A DNA stretch of 64,000 bases, from contig OX597823.1 in assembly GCA_951406725.2 (NCBI GenBank), positions 32,240,001 to 32,304,000 on the forward strand, given 5' to 3'. The translations under genes were made by a program, and so were the position numbers. The notes under the pieces are model-generated. The model made no database searches and had not been told where the DNA came from. It saw nothing but the letters and a program-made list of their open reading frames with translations. Of this stretch, positions 27,787 to 40,200 are shown piece by piece. Every line of letters begins with the position of its first letter. Within the stretch, counting starts at the first letter, position 1. The DNA comes from Octopus vulgaris (Eukaryota).

Positions 27787-28513
27787 ACAGGCTTCTTTCA
27801 GTTTCTGTTTGCCAAATCCACTCACAAGGCTTTGGTCAACCCAAGGCTATAGTAGAAGATACTTGCCTAAGGTGCCACACAGTGGAGCTGAACCTAGAAC
27901 CATGTGTTTGGGAAGCAAGCTTCCTACCACACAGCCACTCCTGCGCCTGTTCTTTGCTAACAGTCTTTGACATTGCTAATAATAATTTATTCTAATATTT
28001 TGATCGTGTCAGTATTCTCCTGAGATTCCAACTCTGTGCTTGGAGCAGAGTCTTGTTTTACATACTTCCCATTTCATTTCCAACTAAATTTACCAGACAA
28101 GAACGATATCTACAACTTGTTTGTAAAGGATTTGCTTACCAATTTTAAAACAGATTTGGTAACTCAAGCTTACAAAACTAAACACCAGAATAATTGCAAA
28201 GGAAGCTAATTCTAAGTATGGAAAGCAGAAATAGCAGAATGCTTAGTGGTATTTAGTTACGTTCATCTACAGTCTGAGTTCAAATCCAGCTGAAGTTGGT
28301 TTTATCTTTAATTTTTTTCAACATCAATAAAATAATTATCAATCAAGTGTTGGAGATTAAGTGTTTCTTTCCTCAATATTTGTGCCAATGCACCAATGTC
28401 AAAAAGGATTGGCAGAACAACAGGAAAAATGCACCTTTCATATTATGAGTTCAATTCCTGTTGTAGCTGACTTTACTGTTTCTATATACATTATTTTACT
28501 GTTTCTATAATAT

Positions 28514-28660
28514 GGCGTTAGGAAGGGCATCCAGCTGTAGAAACACTGCCAGATCTGACTGGCCTGGTGCAGCCTTCAGGCTTCCCAGACCCCAGTTGAA
28601 CCGTCCAACCCATGCTAGCATGGAAAGCGGACGTTAAACGATGATGATGATGATGATGAT
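28514..28660 (+). mobile_element. RTE 3'-tail element ending in (GAT)n
   Basis: GGCGTTAGGAAGGGCATCCAGCTGTAGAAAC..GCATGGAAAGCGGACGTTAAACGATGATG matches the 3' UTR of 8134-9850. Other copies near 25380, 29220, 40364, 41157, 47043, 47810, 48535, 52737, 57318 and 62368. Confidence 0.85.
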
Positions 28661-28784
28661 ATCTAGAATTGATGAAATAAGCACCAGTGATATATAGAGA
28701 AATACAGTTAACATAACTGACTCTATCCCTCTCACACAAATGTGTAAACTTTTCTAGAAACGATCATATTTGTTATATATGTAT

Positions 28785-29150
28785 AGGCACAGGAGTAGCT
28801 GTGTGGTAATTAGCTTGCTTACCAACCACATGGTTTAAGGTTCAGTCCCACTAGGTGGTACCTTGGGCAAGTATCTTCTACTATAGCCTTGGGCTGACCA
28901 TAGCCTTGGGCTGACCATAGCCTTGTGAGTGGAACTGGTAGACAGAAACTGAAAGAAGCCCATCGTATATGTGTGTGTATGTGCCTATGTTTGTTCCCCT
29001 AACATTGCTTGACGACCTATGCTAGTGTGTTTAGGTCCCTGTAACTTAGCAGTTTGGCAAAAGACACTGATAGAATAAGTATTAGGCTCACAAAGAATAA
29101 CTCCTGGGGTCAATTTGCTTGACTAAAGGCAGTGCTCAAGCATGGTTGCA
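28785..29150 (+). mobile_element. CORE-type SINE, near full length
   Basis: Same head, linker and tail as 6916-7300, with a small internal tandem duplication (ATAGCCTTGGGCTGACC x2). Confidence 0.85.
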
Positions 29151-29163
29151 AAGAATATATATA

Positions 29164-29216
<53 letters not shown>

Positions 29217-29466
29217 GTGATCAATGCCAGGCCTGCCTGACTGGCTCCTGAGCCAGTGGCGTGTAAAAAGCATCCACTACACTCTCAGAGTGGTTGGTAT
29301 CAGGAAGGACATCCAGCTGTAGAAACATTGCCAGATCAGATTGGAGCCTGGTGCAGCTGCTGGCTCTCCAGACCTCAGTGAAACTATCTAAACCATGCCA
29401 CCATAGAAAATGGATGTTAAACAATGATGATGATGATGATACATATGTAGATATATATATCTATAT

Positions 29467-29768
29467 CACGTGATCATGTGACCAACCAGTCCATCAGATG
29501 TAGTTACACATCGCTGGTCACAATGCATTCGCATTGTTTTTTAGCCTTCGAATGACGCCACCCCGCTGGCTAAGTGAGCAGGCCAACAGAAGAAAGAGTG
29601 GGAGAAAGAGTGGTCTAAGAGTACAGCAGGGATCACCACCCCCTGCCAGAACCTCGTGGAACTTTTAGGTGTTTTCGCTTAATAATCACTACGCCCGGTC
29701 TGGGAATTGAAACCGCGATCCTACAACCGCGAGTCTGCTGCTCTAACCACTGGGCCATTGTGCCTCCA
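29467..29768 (-). mobile_element. tRNA-derived SINE (CpG-rich, young family)
   Basis: Reverse complement of 54298-54589, with A box TGGCCCAGTGG and B-box-like GTTTCAATTCC. Confidence 0.85.
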
Positions 29769-30198
29769 CATATATCTATATATATATATCTATACATACA
29801 TACATACATACATACATACATACATACATACATACATACATACATACATACATACCTATATGTATAGCATATCTAAAATATATGTAGTTGAGATACCGGA
29901 AACTGTGATTTTCATCTGAGAAAAATCTCTTAATAGATGTATTGTTAAAAAAAAAGAAACACAATATACTTCAAGCTAGACGTAATGAAATTCCCCTCAA
30001 AGTGATTCTGAGGCAACAGTTATGTACTTCACAATTGTTGCAGCTTCTCAGTGTCACATACTTATGGTGCAAGAGCACTACATAAGCAAAATAAAAGTGA
30101 TGCAAGTACATAAGAAGCCACAATAATGGTGAAATATGTATTTGTTGCTTTCACAATCATTTCTGGAGCAATTTCATTTTGCCTAGCTCTGAAATATA

Positions 30199-30386
30199 TT
30201 GTGCGTCTTTAGCATTTATAAAGAAATGTTTCCCAGATAAAAATGGAAGCTTCAAGGATTTTGTGCATCTTTAGCATTTATAAAGAATTGTTTCCCAGAT
30301 AAAAATGGAAGCTTTAAGGATTTTGTGCATCTTTAGCATTTATAAAGAATTGTTTCCCAGATAAAAATGGAAGCTTCAAGGATTTT
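30199..30386. repeat. Tandem repeat, about 61-bp unit x3
   Basis: TTGTGCATCTTTAGCATTTATAAAGAATTGTTTCCCAGATAAAAATGGAAGCTTCAAGGATT is repeated near-identically. Confidence 0.92.
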
Positions 30387-31065
30387 GATTATACGCATAC
30401 ATTATGTTATATTGATAGAGTTTCCATTGCATATGTAGGGATTCAAACCCCAACTAAAAGATATTAAGTTAGCAATCATGAGTAAAAGCCATCACAATTT
30501 CATGTGATTGATCTATAAATCAACCAATCAGTGGCTGATCTAAAATTTGTCCCCTTTTCACCCTGTAAAAACCATTCGGTGCCTAGTTCAATCAGACAGT
30601 CTGAACAGACCTCTAAGACTAAATGACCTTGGGCATTTGGCTGGACGACCTCAGATATTCATGTAAATCACCTTGGGCATTCACAGGGGGCAAACTGCTA
30701 TGACCAGACCATCTCAGGCATTTGAACAGATCACCTCAAGCAAGAAAGGATTTTGGACACTCACACACAAAATACCAGGAAGTCTTCTACAGAAACAGTA
30801 TGGTCTTTCACCTCCCAGTTGGCAGTGATAGTATCAGCAGCTTTCATTTGTAAACAGTCAACGTAGTAAACCAGGTCCAGCAATAAATATGTTAGAAGTT
30901 AAAAGTTTGTGAGTTTGATCCATTTATTATACATGCAGCCAGCTAGACCACAAGACAATGGTCTTTAGCAACACCATCCTCATCCAACATTGTAATCCCA
31001 TGACAACGGTGACCAAGCATCTTCACAACACATAATTCAACTATATACATACATACATACATACA

Positions 31066-31168
31066 TATAAGAGAAATGGAAAATGGAGACAAACGCACAA
31101 GATGTTATTTATATAAATGATTTAAATAACATTTTGTGTGTTTGTCTCCATTTCCCAATTCTCTTATA
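31066..31168. repeat. Inverted repeat (about 45-bp arms, about 11-nt spacer)
   Basis: TATAAGAGAAATGGAAAATGGAGACAAACGCACAAGATGTTATTTA pairs with TAAATAACATTTTGTGTGTTTGTCTCCATTTCCCAATTCTCTTATA. Confidence 0.85.
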
Positions 31169-31290
31169 TTCTTCAAAACACATCTCAATTCTCCTTGGAA
31201 TTATTACCCATGTATGTGTGGTTAATAATATCTTAATATGCTAATGCAATATTTGGCTACCCTGGTAACTTTTTCTCTTGAAAATCAAAC

Positions 31291-31323
<33 letters not shown>

Positions 31324-31626
31324 TATACACACATGTACATATATATGTAATTGGTCATGAGTTTACAAGTCTGGAAAAGTACACTATGGAAAATATTTTG
31401 ATGAATAGTAATATTTTATGTGGTCATTGGTTATGATCAGTCAGAAAGTTACTATTGGTTTCACATCCTGTTATTGCTCTCAGCAATATTGGTGACTCAT
31501 CAAACCTGCAGGTAGGAGACACATAACCTCTTACAGAGGTGTCTGTTTCCCATTTGTTTGTGCATTTATTGTATGTTTTTTTTAAACTTATTATTTAACA
31601 GAACACCACATTCTCTTCTTTTGTTT

Positions 31627-31679
<53 letters not shown>

Positions 31680-31716
31680 CATTATATATAAAATATATTA
31701 TTATTATTATATATAT

Positions 31717-31771
<55 letters not shown>

Positions 31772-32276
31772 CCCTGTCTATTGCCTTCAATTATGCTCTA
31801 ATTTTGATAAAAGTGAATATTTTAACCATTGGACACAAGGGACAATCTAGCTTTTGGAAATCAATGACGTAGGAGAAGAAACCATTTATAGAAGAAGGTA
31901 AACGTATAAAATGGTAAAACTACTAGAATATCTTTGTGAAGAGACTTCAAAGAGGAAGCAATCGATAAATAACTGGAAATAGCGGAGCAAAAGTGACTTG
32001 TTTATGGTTTCTCTAATAAATGACTCTTGAAATAGGACACAGAAGTAATGGGGAAGGAGTTTCCAGGAGATTTGCAGTCTTACAATGTAACATTTTAGAG
32101 ATTACCAAAATCACCACCACCACCACTACCTCTACCACCAGCATTATTATCAATTTTGTTGTGGTTTTTTTTTTTGTTTTACTGATGGTGGATTTACTGC
32201 AGAAAGACATATCTTAAAACAAATCTTGTTTGAATTGTTATTTACCTATTGGCTTTTCTATAAAGTAATTTAAAAA

Positions 32277-32826
32277 TGATTTGCGTGAAAGCTAGCCTAG
32301 CTAGAATTAAATTAACATACACACTAGAAGCAGTCTTAGATGAAAAAAACAAAAAATGCCAGTGTTCATAACATTTGTAGTGCGTGTACAAATATGGAAT
32401 GATACTAAGCTGTAATATCTTGTCTCAGAGAAAACTCTCAAAGAGACTTATATTTTAAAAAGTCTAGGCTTTGCTCAGGAAGCTGGTGGATTGCCAGACA
32501 TGTGTTCTGACCTGATTTGTCTTCTCTCTGATGAATGTTCTGAGCTAAACTGAAAATGTTTGTTCTAATATGGAAACTGGTAAACAAATATTCACTGATT
32601 TGTGTAAAAGCTAGCCAGACTAGAATTAAATGATTATACACACTTAAAACAGCATTAGATTAAAATACTAGTGTGCATAACATTTATATAATTGTAAATA
32701 AACATGGAGCAGTACTAAGCTGTAATATCTTGTCTCAGAAGAACCTCTCAAAGAGTCTAAAATATTAAAGACAGCACTATATTCAGAACATTGGTGGATT
32801 GCCAGACACCTGATTTGATCTTCTCA
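32277..32826. repeat. Diverged tandem duplication (about 320-bp period)
   Basis: Shared blocks AAAGCTAGCC..CTAGAATTAAAT, TACTAAGCTGTAATATCTTGTCTCAGA and TGGTGGATTGCCAGACA at 32277-32530 and 32596-32826. Confidence 0.85.
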
Positions 32827-34477
32827 GCAGCATATACCTTTTCTAGTCCCACTTTGTTATATTGTAGTAGTTTTCTAGTTGTCTCAGACCCATCCTCTTT
32901 AGATACAGGGTACATATATTCTATACACACCCTGCACATATGCAACTGTATCAGCTTAGAGTAATGGCTTTAAAATATGGTCTCCTTGTTTTTCTGTCCA
33001 AGCTTTTCAATTTCCTTTAGTTTATTATGTTGACACTGTATATTATAGCTTAGATGATTGATGTATTTATACCTATCTATCATCCTATTCTATTTCTCAC
33101 ATTGAATTAAGCTTTATGTATGTAAAAACTTGAATTAAGTTTTTACATACATACATAATGTCCATTTTTGCATGCTTACATGGGTTGAAGAGAGTTTATT
33201 GAGGTAGATTTTTTATAGTTGGATACCCTTCCTGTTGCCAATCCTCTCTTGTTCAGCTAGGGAAACATAAACAAATGCTCACAGACTCACACACATATGA
33301 ATACACTGTGTATATATATATATATATACACACACACAAACACACAGGCACAGTGTGCTTGTTTTAGTTTCTATCTATTAAATCTACCCACAAGACTTTG
33401 GTTGGCCCAAGATGATAGTGGGAAACACTTGCTCAAGGTGCCACGCAATAGGACTGAACTTGAAACCATATGGTTGGGAAACAAACTTCTTAACTTCACA
33501 TTCATGCTTGTGCCTATACCCCACCCCACCCACATATGGAGAGAGAGAGAGAGAGAGAGAGAAGGAGAGCCATAAAAGCTGAGATTCAGACTTAGAAAGA
33601 GTGGAAAAAAGACTGGGTCAGCAAAGAGTAGCACCAAGTGGCTTGGAAGAAAAGTTAGGGTTCATATATATTTGGCTAGGGAAATAGCAGAAAGTAAGAG
33701 ATTTGCACATGTGTAATATGCAGATCAAAGGTATGAGGATGACATCACACTGTGCTAGAGAAAATTCCAGCATCTTAAGAAGAAATTGTGCATGGGATAG
33801 CAGTGCACTTGCCTTTACCAATGCTGAAAAGAAAGTGGTTTGACTGAATGAGGAAAATGCACATAAAAGAGGGAGCCCATCCCAGGTCAATCCAGCCAAG
33901 TTGATAGCAGTATGGTAGATGGAGCAATTATGGGTATGAAACCAGGAGACACTGCAAGACTCATAAGTATTGGTCACTGAAATGCTGGAAATATCTAGCA
34001 AAGTGTGTCACGTATTGGTTACACACATAATCAATCAAGATTGATTGGTGTAGTCTAATTAATTGGTGTAGTGGTATCATTGTCAACTGCTATAAGGGTA
34101 ATTAGATGTAGAGCGTAAGAGAGAAGATTGCACTGGTAAGGAAATGTGACATATTCAGAGGAGGATGACAACATTTTAGTGTCAAGACGTGGTCAGCACT
34201 GAAAGTGGATGGAACCTTTGGATGAAGGAGATTGAAGAAGATGTGGGGTGAAGTGAAGATTGATCTCAATATGTTGCAGTCATGAAAGAAATGACAAAAG
34301 ATGGTGATAATTGGAGACATATTGCACCCATGCAAGTAAGAGACTGGAATGTACAATATATATCAAAGTCTTTACACCTGTTAAGTCTCTATCTGCTACT
34401 ATTCCAACCTATTTAAGAACCTTTTATCTCTCCTTGACCTGTCCCCACTCCTCGTCATTATACCATGCCACCTATGC

Positions 34478-34599
34478 AATGAAGGATTACATTAAATCTA
34501 CATTATTTACATTTGACGGATGTTTGTCCTCATTTTGTCTGTTGTTAACATGTTTCAGCTAATATATCCTCCAGTCTTCATCAGGTGTCTTGGGGAAAA
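34478..34599 (-). mobile_element. HHR-SINE 3' fragment
   Basis: Minus strand GACAC-CTGATGA-AGACTG..TAGCT-GAAAC followed by the family tail. Confidence 0.75.
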
Positions 34600-34908
34600 T
34601 GGTGTATGGAAGTGGTAAAAAAGTTTCCTGTACATGGTGTGTAAGTTCCAATAGCAGTTCATGTTCAGTCATTTCAAAGAATGTAGACATGGAATCAATG
34701 TTGCTCATTCAAAGGGATATCCATAAGACTATTTCATTATAAATGTCCTGAAAACTCCTCAGAGCCTTGGATTTGTTATCTCACTCCGTCTAATTATATA
34801 TGCATGCAAATACAAGACCCACATTAGACTCCTTACTCGTATCATTATCTATCCATAGCACTTATTTTGCATTACCTGACATTCTTTGGGTCTTCTAGAC
34901 ACCAATAC

Positions 34909-34939
<31 letters not shown>

Positions 34940-35129
34940 GTAATTTTGGTTTTTCTGGGAGTCCCTTTTTAAGTAGAAGAAATAGCTAACGTTTTTTTTG
35001 TTGCTATTTCTAAGCTTCGGTATGTGGTAAAGCAAATCTTTGCTGAACCCTAATTATTTAGTATTATATATATATATATATGTATAAGAAAGAGAGATGA
35101 CAAAGAAATAAGTGATTATCTTATTTATC

Positions 35130-35557
35130 ATCATTTAATGTCCACTTTTCCATGCTTGCATAGGTCATACAAAATTTGTTGAGACAAATTTTATGGCTGA
35201 ATGCCTTTCCTGTCACCAAACCACACCTGTTTCCAACCCTCTCTCACCAGTTTGTAAGCAAGGTAATATTTTCCATAGCCAGGTATGTTTCCCATAAAAG
35301 ACTGCAAATAAACATCATTGCTGCTATCATGGTGACGCTCATTTACAATCAAGGGTGCACTCAAAAACATGCATGCCAACACACACACAGAAGACGAAAT
35401 TCTTTTGACTTCTGTCTACCAAATCCATTCACAAGGCCTTGGATGGCTTGAAACTATAGAAAAAAATACTTGCCCAAGGTGTTAGACAGTGAGACTGAAC
35501 CTAAGACACCATGGCTGGGAAGCAAGAGTTTTAACCACACAGCCATGCCTGTGCCTT
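35130..35557 (-). mobile_element. CORE-head SINE variant with an RTE-type tail
   Basis: The CORE head (35400-35557) is joined via (TG)n to a tail ending GCAAGCATGGAAAAGTGGACATTAAATGATG. Similar arrangement at 33160-33517; tail-only copies at 4540-4750 and 51180-51405. Confidence 0.7.
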
Positions 35558-35773
35558 ATACATATGTGTGTATTGTGTATGTATAAGCTATATATGTTTA
35601 TATGTAAAAATATGTGTGTGTGTTTACATATACATATATACATATGTATGTACAAAAATATATATATTTACATACATATAAACATATAACTAATATGTGT
35701 GTGTTTAGTCTTGTATAAATACTTATTTACATAGATGTATACATACATACACCCTCCCTCTCTCTCTCTGTCT

Positions 35774-35823
<50 letters not shown>

Positions 35824-37367
35824 ACACACACACGCACAGTAAGAGGCGTGGTATTTTCAGAGCTTGATACTCTTATCGGCAGAAACACCCAGTTTAAAGC
35901 TATTTAATTCCACCCTAAACTTGAAGGAAATATTCATAACAGGGTAGCAAAAGATGAAAAGCTACAATTAAATATTTTTACAGATTTCTCCATATTTTAA
36001 ATGTCTGCAGACGAATCAGCTGATACTTCTCCTTCCACAAATACATAGTTTCCTTCAACAAATCCCAAACATATTCCTGCCTTTTTCTCCCTTTTTTGTC
36101 AACATTATCACCACCTCCATCATTATTTTCATCATCCTCTCTTCTATATCTACAAAGACATACACACCCTGACATTAACATAGATACACATGCATATATA
36201 TGTACATGTACCCAGACACAATACACACATACATACATACATACATACATATATGCATACATACATATACACATACATATACACATACATACACACATAG
36301 TCGCACTTCAGCATATACATACAAACATACATAAATGCACACATACATACATACATATACACAAACATACATATACACATACACACACACATAGTCGCAC
36401 ATATGCATATACATACAAACATACATAAATACACACATACATAGATACATATACACAAGCATACATATACACATATGCACACAGACATACATACACACAT
36501 TCATTCATGCACACATACATATACACACAGGAAGCAACTGCTTTTTTTTTTCTTTTTGCCATTCACACACTTTCTTTCCCCTTCTTTTTCTCTCTCTTCC
36601 TGCTACTCACCCTCTATCACTTCCCCTCTCTCACTTTATCTCTTCTCTTCACTCACCCTAACTCACTTCTCCTCTCTCTCTTTCATTTCTCCATCTCTCT
36701 CTCTCTCTCTCTCTTGCTTCTCTCTAACATTGGTTAATATACACTTGGAAGCGACTTAAGTGAATACCCATGGAATTATGGAACCGTGCTGGCTAAATAT
36801 GTTACATACATATGTTTTTATACATATACAAAAAATATAATGTAAACATTATAGTATATTAGCATCTTTTACTTTCTGCTTGCCTGTCTGTCTGTCTCTC
36901 CTTGCCCCCCTCTCTCTCCCTATATATACACACACACACACACTCACACTCACATACACACACGTGCATATATGTATATTAAACATATATGTCTATACAC
37001 ACACACACACACATACACAAATACACACGTGTATGTTCCATCTTATTCAGAAGTTTGGTTAGCATAACAACAATAATAATTATAATAATGATTTCTAATA
37101 ATATGGGGCCATCTGTCAGGATAATGTCAGCTATAAACTCAGGTTGTCTAAGTAGCAGACACCTGTCTCACTGCCAAAAATAATACCACTGGTTCCTTAC
37201 ATTAACTCTCACCCTCACCTACTTTACCCCCCTACCCCTTCCTCTCACCCTCTCTTTTTTCTCCATTTCATCTGCCACATTATCCCTACCTTCCTTCCCT
37301 CCTTCCATTCAAGCAACGGTGACCTGCGACACATTTTTTTTTCTTTTTCGCTTTTCAAATTCTAAAG

Positions 37368-37550
37368 ATGTCGCTAAAGTTAAAGATGTATTCGTTTGAC
37401 ACGAATGATAATAAGTCGAACATGGGGTCAGCTCCTTCAGCTACGAGAGCAACAAGAACTTTGGGCCCCATGAACGTAGCTGATGATGACAGTTTGCATT
37501 GGCAACAACCACAGGAATTAAAATTTACCACTTTCAAGTATCCTCAAATG
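37368..37550 (+). CDS. Isolated coding exon of an unidentified host gene
   Basis: Polypyrimidine tract + AAAG acceptor (ends 37367) and G|GTAAGT donor (37551). The 183 nt are open in only one frame (MSLKLKMYSFDTNDNKSNMGSAPSATRATRTLGPMNVADDDSLHWQQPQELKFTTFKYPQM). Non-repetitive, with CpGs retained. Confidence 0.7.
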
Positions 37551-37680
37551 GTAAGTAGATTTTTTTAAATTTAATTAATATACATACGTGCATATACATA
37601 CATGCATATACATACATGTGTATGTATATATATACTTTCGGTGTGAATGGTTATATATATATATATTTATATATATATAA

Positions 37681-37755
<75 letters not shown>

Positions 37756-39040
37756 TACATACAGACATGTATTTTATATCTATGTGTGTGTATATGCATG
37801 TCTATACATATGTGTGTCTATATTTTGTTATCTGTTATAGATTTTAGTCACTGGACTGGGGCCATACTGTGGCACGACATTGAAGATGTTCCATTGGTCA
37901 TTTTGACCTCAGAACTTATTTCACTTTGAAACCTGTTTTATTCCCACCCCCCACCCCACTCCTGCTTTTATTGCACTGCTTAGTTATCATGTTGACATAA
38001 AGAGATATAGCTGAATACCAGATTATACACAGGTACACAAACACAGACACATTTATATTCTTTTCTGCGCTAGGCACAAGGCCCGAAATTTTGGGAGAGG
38101 GGGCCAGTTGATTAGATTGACTCCAGCACGCAACTGGTACTTAATTTATTGACCCTGAAAGGATGAAAGGCAAAGTCGATCTCAGTGGAATTTGAACTCA
38201 GAATGTAAAGACAGACGAAATACTGCTAAGCATTTCGCCTGGTGTACTAACGTTTCTGCCAGTCCGCCACCTTATACTAGCTCACCACCTATATTGTTGT
38301 TGACAATGGTATAGCTATTGATGTGGTTGTTGTTTAGCTCCAAGTAGATCCTGGTTAATCAAACCCCATGTTCAAAGACATTCCTGACATGTCCAACCTG
38401 TTGTGGTCAACCCATGTTCATGAAGTTATGTCACGGAATTACATAATTCAATATGTCCTTCCCTTGTTTAAAAGAATGTCATTTGAGAGAGACTTAACTG
38501 CTATTTCTAGCAAGTCTACATATACCCATGGTGATGGCAGCGGTGGTATTTTTGATGGGTGGTGGTGGTGGTAGTGATATCGGTGGTTACATAGTTGTTA
38601 ATGCAAGCAGCTTTGTCTGAAATGTAGTGATGAAATAGTGAAGCGTGGTAGTCTGGTGTTGAGTAATGCACAGTTGTGTTCTGTTCTATGGAGTAATGTT
38701 GTGTAGTGTTGTGTTGTATGAAATAATGTTGTATAGCACTGTATAGGATAGCAGTGTTAAACAGAAAAAGTATTATCTTGGCATGTACAACATGTAGTAC
38801 TTGAGCCACATGTGGTGTTTTACAATCTTTTGAGTGACATGTGTAATGTTATTAAAATTTTGTGACAATCTTGAGATGTGACTTTAATGTATTTCAAGAA
38901 TTTACATAGGGTTAACATAAGATGGTTACCATACTAAATAAAGTGTTTGGTAAATTTTTGTTTTAATGGTGTTGCATGATTCAGGATGAGTAATATATGA
39001 TAAGGACCGACATGAGAGAAAAGTTGGCCATGCTTGTTTG

Positions 39041-39042
<2 letters not shown>

Positions 39043-39092
<50 letters not shown>

Positions 39093-39740
39093 GTCTTTTA
39101 ATGTCTGTATTCCATTCTGGCATGGGTTGGATGGTTTGACAAGAGCTGATAAGGCCAGAAACCACACCAGGCTTCATTGTCTGTCCTAATATGGTTTCTA
39201 TGGATGGATGCTCTTCCTGATACCAACCACTCCACAGAGTACACTGGGTGCTTTTTATGTGGCACCAGCATGAATGCTTTTTATGTGGAACCAACACTGG
39301 TATTGATTTTTCTGTGGTGGACAGGTCTTCTTGAGTACAGCAAGGCACCAAATATCTCAGTCCTTCGTCATCTCCTTCATAAGGCTCAGTGTCTTCAGAT
39401 TGTCCTTCAATACTTTGTCCCTTGTCTTCCTGGGCTTCCCTCTTCCACAAGTTCCGTCCATTTTAAGTGATCATCATTTCTGTATGCAATCATCAGCATC
39501 CATCTGCATCATATGACCAAACCAATATAGGTAGCAGCTCTCTGAATTTTCTCCATTTCATTTTTATTCTACTGATTACACTTTCTGTGCTTAATTGCCA
39601 CAGCTAATTAAGTCCCCCAGGTAGAAGAAATTGTCCACTACCTTTTAAGAGCCTCTGGGGCATTTGAGAAAAACAATTTCCTGAGTATCTGTTGTTTTTA
39701 TGGCCCCTGTGCATCTTCCACAGAATCATATTGTGTAGTG
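39043..39740 (-). mobile_element. RTE LINE 3' fragment with (GAT)n tail
   Basis: Homologous to the 3' part of 8134-9850 on the minus strand (GRGKPRKT region, CTTGAGAAGACC-like motif, tail). Confidence 0.75.
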
Positions 39741-39741
39741 T

Positions 39742-40200
39742 TAAGTTAAGTTAAGTTAATTTTTTGGCTCAAAAGGCAAAAAGCAAGGCCATGTAGGGGG
39801 ACATGGAGTTATGTTCAGGGGTGTTCATGCAAAGAGTTCAGGCCATTTCTGGTCAAGAGAGACTTTGAACTGAGCGGTCGTTGGCATCTTCACTATCTCA
39901 TCCGGCAGCTTATTCCACGGATCTGCAACCCGGACAGAGAAAGCCCCTCTCCTTCGATTGAGATGAAATCGTCACAGATAGAGCTTTTCAGAGTGACCCT
40001 GCAGCCTACGCTCTAGAGCAGGAGTGAAGAACAGCTCTTTCGAGAGGTTACACTTTCCGCTTATGATGTTGTGAGCAAGAATGAGATCACCATGGTGACG
40101 GCGTTTTTCTAGAGAATAAAGATAGAGTGTCTTCAGCCTTTCTTCATAAGACAAATGCTTGAGACCAAGAACCATGCAGGTAGCCAGCTTCTGAGTGTTG
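39742..40200 (-). mobile_element. CR1 LINE 3' fragment
   Basis: QKLAT..GLKHLSYEERLKTL.LYSLEKRR..GDLI..RLQGHSEKL..FSVRVADPWNKLP..FKVSLD, with an (AACTT)n tail. Confidence 0.9.

Noticed and set aside
30199-30386. Regular repeat that might suggest a CRISPR array
   Set aside because: The units are contiguous with no unique spacers, the context is eukaryotic and there are no cas genes.
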